Below are positions 40,562 through 49,444 of a stretch of 64,000 nt of DNA, one piece after another (position 1 is the stretch's first letter; every line of letters starts with the position of its first letter). Both the position numbers and the translations under genes were made by a program. Origin of the DNA: Alphaproteobacteria bacterium. GTDB lineage: Bacteria > Pseudomonadota > Alphaproteobacteria > MPNO01. Under the pieces are notes generated by a model. It worked only from the letters and a program-made list of their open reading frames with translations. It was not told the origin of the DNA and made no database searches. Location: NCBI GenBank assembly GCA_964291675.2, contig OZ219866.1, positions 3,424,001 to 3,488,000 on the forward strand, in the 5' to 3' direction.

Positions 40562-41943
40562 ATGACCGGCGGATCCAACATTGCATCTCTGAAGGCGGCG
40601 CTTGCGGCGGCCGAGGCGCGGGCCGCGAACGCCGAGGCGAAGGTGTCGGACGCCGAGGCGGAGATCGCTTTCCTCAAGCTGGCGGTCGAGAAGCTCCGGC
40701 GCGAGCTCTACGGGCAGCGCTCGGAGCGCAAGCAGCGGCTTCTCGACCAGCTCGAGCTGCAACTCGACGAGCTTGAGGCGAACGCGACGGAGGACGAGCT
40801 GGCGGCCGAGCAGGCGGCGGCCGGCACGACCGAGGTCAAGGGGTTCACGCGGCGCAAGCCGGCCCGCAAGCCGTTCCCGGCGCATATTCCGCGCGAGCGG
40901 AAAGTGGTTCCGCCGCCGACATTCTGCGCGTGCTGCGGCTCGGAGAAGCTGTCGAAGATCGGCGAGGACGTGACCGAGACGCTGGAGGCGATCCCGCGCC
41001 AGTGGAAGGTGATCCAGACGGTGCGCGAGAAGTTCACCTGCCGGGCTTGCGAGAAGATCGGCCAGCCGCCGGCGCCGTTCCACCCGACGCCGCGGGGCTG
41101 GGCTGGCCCCAACCTGCTGGCGACGATCCTGTTCGAGAAGTACGGGCAGCACCAGCCGTTGAACCGCCAGCGCGACCGCTACGCGAGGGAGGGTATCGAT
41201 CTCAGCCTGTCGACCCTGGCCGACCAGGTGGGCGCGTGCACGGTGGCGCTGAAGCCGCTGCACGATCTGATCGAGGCCCATGTCATGGCGGCGGAACGCC
41301 TGCATGGCGACGACACCCCGGTGCCGGTGCTGGCCAGGGGCAGGTGCGCCACCGGGCGGGCCTGGGTCTATGTGCGCGATGACAGGCCGTTCGGCGGTCC
41401 GGATCCGCCGGCGGCGCTGTTCCGCTACGCGCGGGACCGGTCCGGCGCTCACCCGGTCGCGCATCTGGAGACCTTCGCCGGCATCCTCCAGGCCGACATC
41501 TACGCCGGCTACAACGCCCTCTATGTGGCCGGGAGATTGCCCGGGCCCGTGATCGAGGCTGCGTGTTGGGCGCATTCGCGAAGGAAGTTCTTCGATCTCG
41601 CCGACATCGCGGCCGGGAAGAGGCGCGGCAAGGACCCGCCGCCGGTCTCGCCGCTCGCGCTGGAGGCGGTGAAGCGGATCGACGTGCTGTTCGATATCGA
41701 GCGCGGGATCGTCGGCAAGTCCGCGGAGGAGCGCCTCGCCGTGCGCCGGGAGTTGAGCGCGCCGGTGCTGGCCGAACTCAAGGAGTGGATGCGGGCCGAG
41801 CGCGTGAAGCTGTCGAAACATGCCCCGGTGGCCAAGGCGATGGACTACATGCTCAGGCGCTGGGAGCTGTTCGCCCGCTTCCTCGACGACGGCCGCATCT
41901 GCCTCACCAACAATGCCGCCGAGAGGGCGCTCAGAGGTATTGC
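40562..41943 (+). pseudogene. tnpC: IS66 transposase TnpC, 5' part (interrupted at RGIA|LGR)
   Basis: LYGQRSE, LHGDDTP, CWAHSRRKF, TNNAAERALRGIA. Confidence 0.92.
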
Positions 41944-41971
41944 GACGATGGAGTCATTCTGCACCCCTTCT

Positions 41972-44044
41972 TCAAGTGTCTGAAAACATTGACATCTGAT
42001 CCCGACATGAAGCGCGACGCGGGTCTTTCCGCAGTGCCAGGGCGTTGGCGACCCGCTCGGAATGGAGGTCTTTGGCCCTGATTTGCCAGGGCGCTCCGGG
42101 AACGAGTTGCGTGGCAGGTAGCGTTCCATCCTCGATCAGGCGCCTGAGGGTATGGCTGGTCGTGCCCAACTCTTTCGCCGCCTCGGTCATGGTGCGCCAG
42201 TCGCCCTGCTTGTCCGCTGAGAGGTAGCCGTCGATCCCGTTCACACGCCGGATCGATCCGACCCGGTGAGCGGTCCAACTCTTGTGCTGCCCGGTCCGCA
42301 TACCCATCCGGTTGAGCGACGCGGCGATATGTTCGTCCGACCATCGCCCGGCCATGCTGCGTATCACTGCCAGAGCTTCCTCGGGCGTTCGGCAGCCATG
42401 TTCGCCGCTCTTGGGCTTGCGGACCCTGAGACGGGAATGACGGCCACCCATCCAGTGGATCGTCAGCAGGACGTCACGCGCCTCTTCGTCGACATCGACG
42501 ATTATGCCCATGATCAGGGTGCGCACGAGACGCTGGCGGGCGCGCATGCTCACCCCGGGCGCGTTCCAGGCGGCCTTCAGGTCGTCGGCAAGTCCGGCCA
42601 GGTCGGGGACAGTGGGCCGCGGCGACGGCATCGCGCCCAGCCTTGCTTCGCACGCCTGGACGCGTCGAAGCGCTGCCTCCCAACTCTTCTCCAGCTCGGC
42701 GGCGATCAGCCGGTTGTCCGGATCGCAGGCGGCGTAGCGCCGCTCGGCGAGCGCCGCCTCGTAGCGGGCTTGCTGCAGATCCAGCTCGGCCACCCGTTGC
42801 TGTTCGGAAAGACCCTCCGCGTTCATCCGCTCGGCTTCCAACGAGGCTTCCACCGCCATGGGCTCCACGACGCGGAGGATCTCATCGGCAACGGCCGCAT
42901 CCACACGCGCACCCCCGAACCCCAGACAGGGCTCTAGCTCGAGCTGGAGGTGTCGCCGATTGCAGCGGTAGACAGGATTGCCGGGCGTGCGACCGGAATA
43001 GGCAACGCTCATCGTGCGTCCGCAGCGTGCGCAACTGAGGAGGCCGCCAAGAAGCGCCCGCCCGCCGCGCCCCGACTTCGTGCCCCCCGCCTTGCCGAAG
43101 GCATTGGCGGCGAGCTGCGCCTGGTTGCGCTCGAACTCCGGCCAGTCGATGTAGCCCTCGTGATGGTCCTTCAGCACGACCTCCCATTCCGCCATCGGCT
43201 TGCGGTGTCCATAGCTCTTGCGCACGCGCCCGTCGACGATCTCGGTCCGCCGCTCGCTTTTGCCGTAAGCGTAGACCCCGGCGTAGAAAGGGTTCTTCAA
43301 CACCGAAATTACGTTGCGATAGCGGATCGGCGTCCAGTCGAAGGAGACCATTGTCCTGCCATCCGACGGGCGTGGGAAGCAAAGCTTCTGCCCGCTCAGC
43401 GCCAGCAACACCTGCCGCGCGCTGCCAAGCTCGCGAAACCGGGCGAATACCTGACGGATCGCTTCCTGAACCCGAATGTCGGGGTCCAGCCCCAGCCCGG
43501 CCTCGGGATGCCAGACGTAGCCGATCGGGACGCTGATGCGAAGCTCGCCGCGGGCGGCCTTGGAGCGGGCGGCCTCGAACATCCGAGCGCGCAGAACGCC
43601 GAGTTCGAACTCGCTGATCTGGCCCTTCATGCCGAGCAGCAGACGATCGTTGGGGTGGCGAGGATCGTAGATGCCATCCTGGTCGATGACGCGTGCCTCG
43701 ACGAGACCGCAGAGCTCGAGAAGATGGTGCCAGTCCCGGCCGTTGCGAGAGACCCGCGAAGCCTCGAAACAAAGCACGGCTCCAACGTCCCCGGCGCACA
43801 GCCAGGCGACGAGGCGCTCGAAACCGGGCCGCGCAACGGCACCGTCCGCCGACAGGCCCTGATCGTCGTCGATGACTTCGACCCGGGCAAAGCCGTGCCC
43901 GCGCGCCACATCGACGAGATCGTATTGGCGGCGCTGGCTCTCCAGATTGTTCCGCATCTGCTGGGGCGTGGACTGACGGACATAGACCACGGCCTTGCGC
44001 GTCAACACCGATCGCGGCAACGCTTCAGCGACGCCCATCGTCAT
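41972..44044 (-). CDS. Large serine recombinase (Y4bA/Y4pH-like) with Zn ribbon and C-terminal HTH
   Basis: AVVYVRQST, SRVSRN, LLLGMKGQISE, CARCG..YRC, terminal TEAAKELGTTSHTLRRLI. Confidence 0.93.
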   Translation of the reverse strand: MTMGVAEALPRSVLTRKAVVYVRQSTPQQMRNNLESQRRQYDLVDVARGHGFARVEVIDDDQGLSADGAVARPGFERLVAWLCAGDVGAVLCFEASRVSRNGRDWHHLLELCGLVEARVIDQDGIYDPRHPNDRLLLGMKGQISEFELGVLRARMFEAARSKAARGELRISVPIGYVWHPEAGLGLDPDIRVQEAIRQVFARFRELGSARQVLLALSGQKLCFPRPSDGRTMVSFDWTPIRYRNVISVLKNPFYAGVYAYGKSERRTEIVDGRVRKSYGHRKPMAEWEVVLKDHHEGYIDWPEFERNQAQLAANAFGKAGGTKSGRGGRALLGGLLSCARCGRTMSVAYSGRTPGNPVYRCNRRHLQLELEPCLGFGGARVDAAVADEILRVVEPMAVEASLEAERMNAEGLSEQQRVAELDLQQARYEAALAERRYAACDPDNRLIAAELEKSWEAALRRVQACEARLGAMPSPRPTVPDLAGLADDLKAAWNAPGVSMRARQRLVRTLIMGIIVDVDEEARDVLLTIHWMGGRHSRLRVRKPKSGEHGCRTPEEALAVIRSMAGRWSDEHIAASLNRMGMRTGQHKSWTAHRVGSIRRVNGIDGYLSADKQGDWRTMTEAAKELGTTSHTLRRLIEDGTLPATQLVPGAPWQIRAKDLHSERVANALALRKDPRRASCRDQMSMFSDT

Positions 44045-44524
44045 CCTCCTTCACCGGGGCGGTCGCCGCTTCCAGAAGCAACCCGGCCACTGCGCTCACC
44101 ACCGCGTCTCGTTCCTCCGAGCTCAGACCGCGCAGCGTCGGTGCGTCGAGCGGCATGCCGAGCTGTCGGGGTTCTCTCGGCGGTCGCGCTGTTACAGGCA
44201 AAGACTTCATCGCGCTCCTCTCCGCTAACGGTTCCGTCATCGGGGGAGCTATGTCGAAAACCTGGCCGACGAGAAGCTCGTGAAGTGCGGCGAGGGCGGC
44301 CGGGGAGGCACGCGGCGCGCCGATCTCCATGCCGGCGCATGACGCAGGATCAAGCATCCAGGCGGGTATCTTGATGATCAGCCCCGGCTCTACCTCGACG
44401 GAGGCCATGAGGCCGTCTGCACGCTGTTCGATAACTTCAGGGCGTACTCGCCGACCGAACAGTGCGTGCCAGCGGTAGTGGATGACGCAATCCTGCCCGA
44501 TATGGGCAGAATGAATGCGCGATC
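44025..44524 (-). CDS. Recombinase-associated accessory ORF (Y4bD/DUF5372-like N-part, with an in-frame small ORF starting at 44210)
   Basis: VIHYRWHALFG..IPAWMLD; internal RBS GAGAGGAG before ATG 44210; overlaps the recombinase start; 5' end cut by the att site. Confidence 0.6.
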
Positions 44525-44526
44525 GC

Positions 44527-44746
44527 CCTGGGCCGCAAGTCATGGCTCTTCGCCGGCTCGGACCGCGGCGGCGTACGCGCGGCGGCGATGTACACGCTCA
44601 TCGGCACCGCCAAGCTCAACGATGTCGATCCGCAGGCCTGGCTCGCCGACGTGCTAGACCGAATCGCGGACACGCCGCAGACCAGGCTCGAAGAACTCCT
44701 CCCCTGGAACTGGGTTCGGGAACAGAAGCTCGATCAGGCCGCATAG
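44527..44746 (+). pseudogene. tnpC: IS66 TnpC, 3' part
   Basis: LGRKSWLFAGSDRGG..MYTLIGTAKLNDVDPQAWL..LLPWNW. Confidence 0.92.
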
Positions 44747-44856
44747 AGCCTGCCCCCGCGAAGGCGGGGGCCAGATCGCACGCGGACCGTTTCGCTCCGA
44801 GCCAGCTGCTGCTCAAAATCAGACTGAATACCCCTGCGGTCTTCGGCGGATGCTTA

Positions 44857-46773
44857 GAGTGCCAGGCTAACTGGTGGAAGGGTAGCGGGTGAAAGTCCCG
44901 CGAAACGAAAGGAGTAGCCAACCACGTTTCTCCGCGAGCCGTGCATCGTCGGCCGTGAGGCCGGGGGTGAAGCGTCGGTAGCGGTGCATGCGGGCAGGGA
45001 TATTGAGCGCCGAAAACGAGATGGTCCGAAGTGCCGAGACGTTTAAGCTCGTCGAAGGCAACATCGTCCACACCGCAATATGGCGAGGTGTGGGGGAGCT
45101 TCGCGGCGTCGGGGACCCCATGCACGCATGTAAGCCCACCACCGGGACCTGGGAGGTCTTCACACTGCCCCGATGGTCGTATCGGGGCCGCGAAGGGAAG
45201 GAGGTATCCGAAGCCTGAGATGAACGGAGTGAAGAAGTCGGACGGGGCCATAGTACCGTCGAAGCGGGCGAACAACGGGGCGCGAGCCTCTGCGGAGTCC
45301 GTGGAGGAAAGGGCCTCGACCAAGGGGAATCCGCGAAGCGAAAGCACGCGCCGGACGCAGAGCCGGGAAAGCGTGACCCAGGCCGCCGAGCGGATACGTC
45401 AAGCTGCAACGAGGAAACCGCAGGAGAAACTGACGGCGCTCCTGCATCATGTCACGCCGGACGCGCTGCGCTGGGCCTTCCACGCGCTGAAGCGGGACGC
45501 CGCGGCGGGGGTGGACGGCATGACATGGGCCGAGTACGCGAACGGGCTGGAAGAGCGGCTGCTCGACCTGCACCGGCGCGTACAGTCCGGGGCGTATCGG
45601 GCGCCGCCGGTCCGGCGGGTAGAGATACCCAAGCCGGATGGCGGGACACGACCGCTCGGCGTCGCCGCGCTGGAGGACAAGATCGTCCAGAAGGCGGTGA
45701 CGGAGATCATCCTGACGCCGATCTACGAGCCGGTCTTCCTCGGCTTCAGCTACGGGTTCCGACCGGGGCGCGGGGCGCATGACGCACTCGACGCGCTTGC
45801 TGTCGCCATCAATCGGCGGAAGGTCAACTGGGTGGTCGACTGCGACATCCAAAGGTTTTTCGATTCTGTTTCGCGGGACTGGCTCGTCCGGTTCCTTGAG
45901 CACCGGATCGGGGATCGGCGGGTGATCCGGCTGATCGCCAAGTGGCTGAAAGCCGGCGTCATGGTCGATGGCCGGTGGGAGGACACGCAGCAGGGCACGC
46001 CGCAAGGGGCGATCGTCTCAGCCACGCTGGCGAACGTGTATCTGCACTATGTCCTCGACCTCTGGTTCCATCGCAAGTGGCGGCCCGAAAGGGCAGATGG
46101 CGATGCCATCATCGTACGCTACGCCGATGATGTGGTCGTCGGCTTCCAGCGCAAGAGGGACGCGGAACGCTTCCTGCATGCGCTTGGGGAACGGCTCGGC
46201 CAGTTCGATCTGGCCCTGCATCCGGCCAAGACCCGGCTCATCGAGTTCGGCAGGTTCGCGGAAGTGGACCGCCGGGCACGGGGGCTGGGCCGCCCGGAGA
46301 CGTTCGACTTCCTGGGCTTCACGCACTATTGCAGGACGACCAGGAGCGGGCAGTTCGGGCTCGGACGCAAGCCCGTTGCAAAGCGGATGAGCCGCACCCT
46401 GAAGCGCATCGCGGAGGTTCTGCGGCGGCGCAGGCACCACGACCTCCACGAGGTCGCCCGGTGGCTGGGGCGGGTAGTCAACGGATGGCTGAACTACTAC
46501 GCCGTCCCGACGAGTGCCCGCTTCCTGCGAAGCTTCACCTACATCCTGAAACGGATATGGCTGAAGGCGCTGCGCCGACGGTCGCAACGGGATCGCTTCA
46601 GCTGGCAACGGCTGCAAGCCCTGGTTGACCGATACTGGCCCAAGCCATGGATCCGACACCCGTGGCCGGGGCAGCGGTTCGACGTCAAATACCCGAGGTA
46701 GGAGCCGGATGGCTTAACGGCCACGTCCGGATCTGTGCGGGGGGCGCCGGGAAACCGGCGTCCCTACCGCGAC
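44857..46773 (+). mobile_element. Group II intron 1
   Basis: 5' GAGTG (GUGYG variant); DV gagccggatggcttaacggccacgtccggatc; DVI ending CCCTACCGCGAC; EBS1 loop TAAGC (45044-48) pairs with exon GCTTA. Confidence 0.88.
45220..46701 (+). CDS. ltrA: Group II intron reverse transcriptase/maturase
   Basis: AAAGVDG, IPKPDGGTRPLG, SYGFRPGR, GTPQG, RYADD, FDFLGF, GWLNYY; no HNH domain. Confidence 0.95.
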   Translation: MNGVKKSDGAIVPSKRANNGARASAESVEERASTKGNPRSESTRRTQSRESVTQAAERIRQAATRKPQEKLTALLHHVTPDALRWAFHALKRDAAAGVDGMTWAEYANGLEERLLDLHRRVQSGAYRAPPVRRVEIPKPDGGTRPLGVAALEDKIVQKAVTEIILTPIYEPVFLGFSYGFRPGRGAHDALDALAVAINRRKVNWVVDCDIQRFFDSVSRDWLVRFLEHRIGDRRVIRLIAKWLKAGVMVDGRWEDTQQGTPQGAIVSATLANVYLHYVLDLWFHRKWRPERADGDAIIVRYADDVVVGFQRKRDAERFLHALGERLGQFDLALHPAKTRLIEFGRFAEVDRRARGLGRPETFDFLGFTHYCRTTRSGQFGLGRKPVAKRMSRTLKRIAEVLRRRRHHDLHEVARWLGRVVNGWLNYYAVPTSARFLRSFTYILKRIWLKALRRRSQRDRFSWQRLQALVDRYWPKPWIRHPWPGQRFDVKYPR

Positions 46774-46774
46774 C

Positions 46775-47032
46775 CTTGCGCAGTTCGGATTGCGCGTTGA
46801 AGTAGTCGACGCAACTGCTGACAAAGATATTCGCGCCGGCCCTGGCGGTCGCCTCGATTGCCGATTCGAACATGCGCGGCGCCTTGTTCACGCGCCCGGT
46901 CTCCGACACCTCGGCAAGGATGCCCTGCGGCACGCGATCCAGAGCCCGCATCACCCGGGTTGTGACGTGTGGTAGCCCACCACTCGCCCCTTCGTAAGCG
47001 CGCCACCAGCGCACTTTCCACATAGCCAGCAC
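46775..47032 (-). pseudogene. Possible gene fragment cut by the IS66 right end
   Basis: Open frame running into the IS end; no recognisable motif. Confidence 0.2.
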
Positions 47033-47166
47033 CCCCTCTCGGGGGCCGCGGCTTCGTTCAAACAGGTTCAGCAGGCTCGCTCACGCGAACCTGCTGAGCC
47101 CTAAAGATTTGCGCGGCTCCCCTTCCATGCCCGGTTCCCGGGTCGGGCCCGCGAAATAATCCCGCG

Positions 47167-47181
47167 GGGGGCTCCGCCCCC
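47167..47181 (-). promoter_or_regulatory. GC hairpin 3' of the FGE gene (DGR target-type hairpin)
   Basis: GGGGGC-GGA-GCCCCC about 28 nt after the stop codon. Confidence 0.6.
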
Positions 47182-47208
47182 GGACCCCCGAGGTAAACAA
47201 GTAAGGAC

Positions 47209-48159
47209 TCAAGGCGTAAGCGTCCGGGCAACGCGGAAGCCGAAGGTGACGACCCGATTCCCGACACTGTACCCGAGGCGGATGGCGGAACGGAGGAACC
47301 ACGGTATGTTGCTCCACGAACCGCCGCGCAATATGCGCTCCCCGCAATCACCGCCCGCCACCCAAGCGCTGCCGTCCGACGGTGCGCCCGCATAGTCACT
47401 GTGCCAGCAGTCCTCGACCCATTCCGATACATTGCCCGACATGTCATGCAAGCCGAAACCGTTCGCCGCAAATGAACCAGCCGGAGCCGTTTCACGGCCG
47501 TCCCAGCGGCTGCCGCAGCCGCGGCAGTTCGCCCGGTTCCGGCCCACCGAATCCCCCCAGCTATAGCGCGTCCGCGTCTTCGCGCGCGCCGCATATTCCC
47601 ACTCCGCCTCCGTCAACAGCCGGTACTCCTTCCCCGTCTTCCGCGACAGCCACGCGACATACGACCGCGCTTCGTTCCAGTTCACATGGATGACCGGCCG
47701 ACTTCCACGGCCCCAGCCCTTGTCATCGGGGCGATACCCGTCGCACCCGCCAGCGGATACGCAGGTATCCCATTCCGCAAACGTCACCTCGTGTTTGCCC
47801 ACCGCAAAGGGTTGCGAGATCATCACCTCATGCTGCAGGACTTCATCTCCGTCACGGCCTACTTCCGACCTCGGCGAGCCCATGACGAACGAACCCGCCG
47901 GCACCACCACCATTTCCGGACAGGACGGGCAATCCCGGAATGTTTCCCCCGCCTTCGGCCCCACTTCCGCTTCGGCCAGCAGCGCCGTCGGAACAAACCC
48001 CGCACGCCCGCCTGCCTCGACACGGCCCGCTGCGTCATGCAGCGCAATCTCTTCTGCTGCCTTTACAACATCTTCAACGCTTCCGGCTGTTCCGTGGCTG
48101 GCAAGAAGCGAAGCGGCTACGAAGGCCACGGCGGAGAGGGTACGGGCTATGAGTTTCAT
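47209..48159 (-). CDS. Secreted FGE-sulfatase (SUMF1/CLec-fold) protein, candidate DGR target
   Basis: Signal peptide; FRDCPSCPEMVVVPAGSF, RLLTEAEWEYAARA, NGFGLHDMSGNVSEW, RGGSW..GFRVARTLTP. Confidence 0.9.
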   Translation of the reverse strand: MKLIARTLSAVAFVAASLLASHGTAGSVEDVVKAAEEIALHDAAGRVEAGGRAGFVPTALLAEAEVGPKAGETFRDCPSCPEMVVVPAGSFVMGSPRSEVGRDGDEVLQHEVMISQPFAVGKHEVTFAEWDTCVSAGGCDGYRPDDKGWGRGSRPVIHVNWNEARSYVAWLSRKTGKEYRLLTEAEWEYAARAKTRTRYSWGDSVGRNRANCRGCGSRWDGRETAPAGSFAANGFGLHDMSGNVSEWVEDCWHSDYAGAPSDGSAWVAGGDCGERILRGGSWSNIPWFLRSAIRLGYSVGNRVVTFGFRVARTLTP

Positions 48160-48246
48160 GTTGGCACCATCATCAGATCGTTTGTCGTCGGCGCGATCCG
48201 CTTCAGTATCTCATTGTACTGCTCTTCGTCCTCGTCCCACTCAGGC

Positions 48247-48779
48247 GTAACCCTCCGCTGAGGACCGCCTTTTGTCAATCGGCTTTCAATACTGACCCCC
48301 TATATCGGCGTGCAAAATTAACCCCCTGAGAGGCACGGCGGAGGTTGTCCCGGTAGCCAATAGGGGGGACCCGCGCGGCTTCGTGTAGCGCCTTGCGTTA
48401 CGCGAAGCGAAGCCGCGTGGGGGGTCCCTGTTGGCTACCGGGGTATCGCCCTCGGAAGACGCAGTTGGTTGTTCGCCGGCTCCGACCGCGGCGGCGCCCG
48501 TGCGGCGACGATGTACACGCTCATCGGCACCGCCAAGCTCAACGATGTCGATCCTCAGGCCTGGCTCGCCGATGTGCTCGGCCGCATCGCCGAGACGCCG
48601 CAGAGCCGGCTCGACGAACTCCTCCCCTGGAACTGGGTCCCGGAGCAAAAGCTCGATCGCGCAGCATAGAGCCGGCCCCCGCGAAGGCGGGGCCGGACCC
48701 CGCCCGGCGCTTAATCGCCAGCATCGCCCCGCCGACAAACTCAGCCCGAATTAGCCCGCGGTGTTCGGCGGATGCTTAC
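48247..48779 (+). mobile_element. Internally deleted IS66 (mini-IS66) containing an IS21-type end
   Basis: Left end GTAACCCTCCG, right end CGGATGCTTAC; tnpC 3' fragment GIALGRRSWLF..LLPWNW (48442-48669). Confidence 0.85.
48273..48441. mobile_element. IS21-family terminal fragment
   Basis: TGTCA followed by two tandem ~24-nt repeats atcggctttcaatactgaccccct / atcggcgtgcaaaattaaccccct, then palindrome cccggtagccaa..ttggctaccggg. Confidence 0.72.
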
Positions 48780-49410
48780 ACGCTGAACACCATGGCGGTG
48801 GTCTGGTCGGCCTCGATGAGCGCGCTGCAGAACCCGCGCCAGCCCATCTTCCTGCGCGAGACCGCGAAGGCGACCGCGCCCACCGCGCCGATCCCGCCCG
48901 CCTCGGTGGGGGTGCCCGGCACCTTGGTGAGGTGCTTGACGTAGGGCGTCATCTTGAGCTTCCAGACGTCGCCGATCGGGAAGACCAGCCCGTCGACGAT
49001 CCCCTTGGACACCACGTCGAACGCCTTGACGCCCGGCGTGAGTACGACCGCCGCCCCGTCCGGCCGACCGCCTTGGCGACGTCGCCCGGCGGCGAGCGCA
49101 GCTTCATCCGCTTCATGTCCGCCACCGACAGGATGGGGTCCTTGAGGCTGAACAGCTCCCCGCCGCCATGCATGACGTAGCCGAGGAACTTGACGCCCTT
49201 GTGCTGGTTCTTGGCCTCGAAATACTTCTTGTGGGTGCGCCAGAGCGCGGTCGCGGTCGAGGCCGCGTCGGTGATGCTGAAGGGGAGCGTGCCCACCTGG
49301 TCGAGCGACAGCCGCTTGCGCTCGAAATTGTTGTACATCACCGTCGCATCGGCGATGCCGGAGGTGATCATCTTCCACTGGCGCGGCGCCGGCGCCAGCG
49401 GTTGTCTCAA
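48780..49410 (-). pseudogene. Degraded TRAP operon: frameshifted dctP fragment fused to mid-dctM
   Basis: QWKMITSGIAD..MKLRSP [frameshift] ..SKGIVDG..KVPG joined directly to TPTEAGGIGA. Confidence 0.78.
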
Positions 49411-49444
49411 TCCGCGGACATGCTATCGGCGGGATTCGGGAGGT

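Larger units (their letters stand above)
41944..44526 (-). mobile_element. Large-serine-recombinase integrative element in IS66 tnpC
   Basis: Crossover dinucleotide GC (41942-43 / 44525-26); reconstructed attP has 9-bp inverted arms GCAGAATGA/TCATTCTGC, each 10 nt from the GC; excision restores AGA GGT ATT GCC CTG GGC. Confidence 0.88.
35204..48779 (+). mobile_element. IS66-bounded composite transposon
   Basis: Ends GTAACCCTCCGGCG... and ...CGGCGGATGCTTAC; 8-bp direct repeat ACGCTGAA at 35196-35203 and 48780-48787; removal rejoins the dctM frame (..AMVFSVAFGAII..). Confidence 0.9.

Noticed and set aside
44859-44863. GTGCC at 44859 as the 5' end of intron 1
   Set aside because: A start at 44857 (GAGTG) restores the IS66 terminus exactly and satisfies EBS1-IBS1 pairing.
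45220-48159. RT next to an FGE/CLec gene as a complete DGR
   Set aside because: The RT has group II intron motifs (PQG, YADD, maturase X domain) and lies within intron RNA domains. No adenine-rich template repeat or avd was found in the window.
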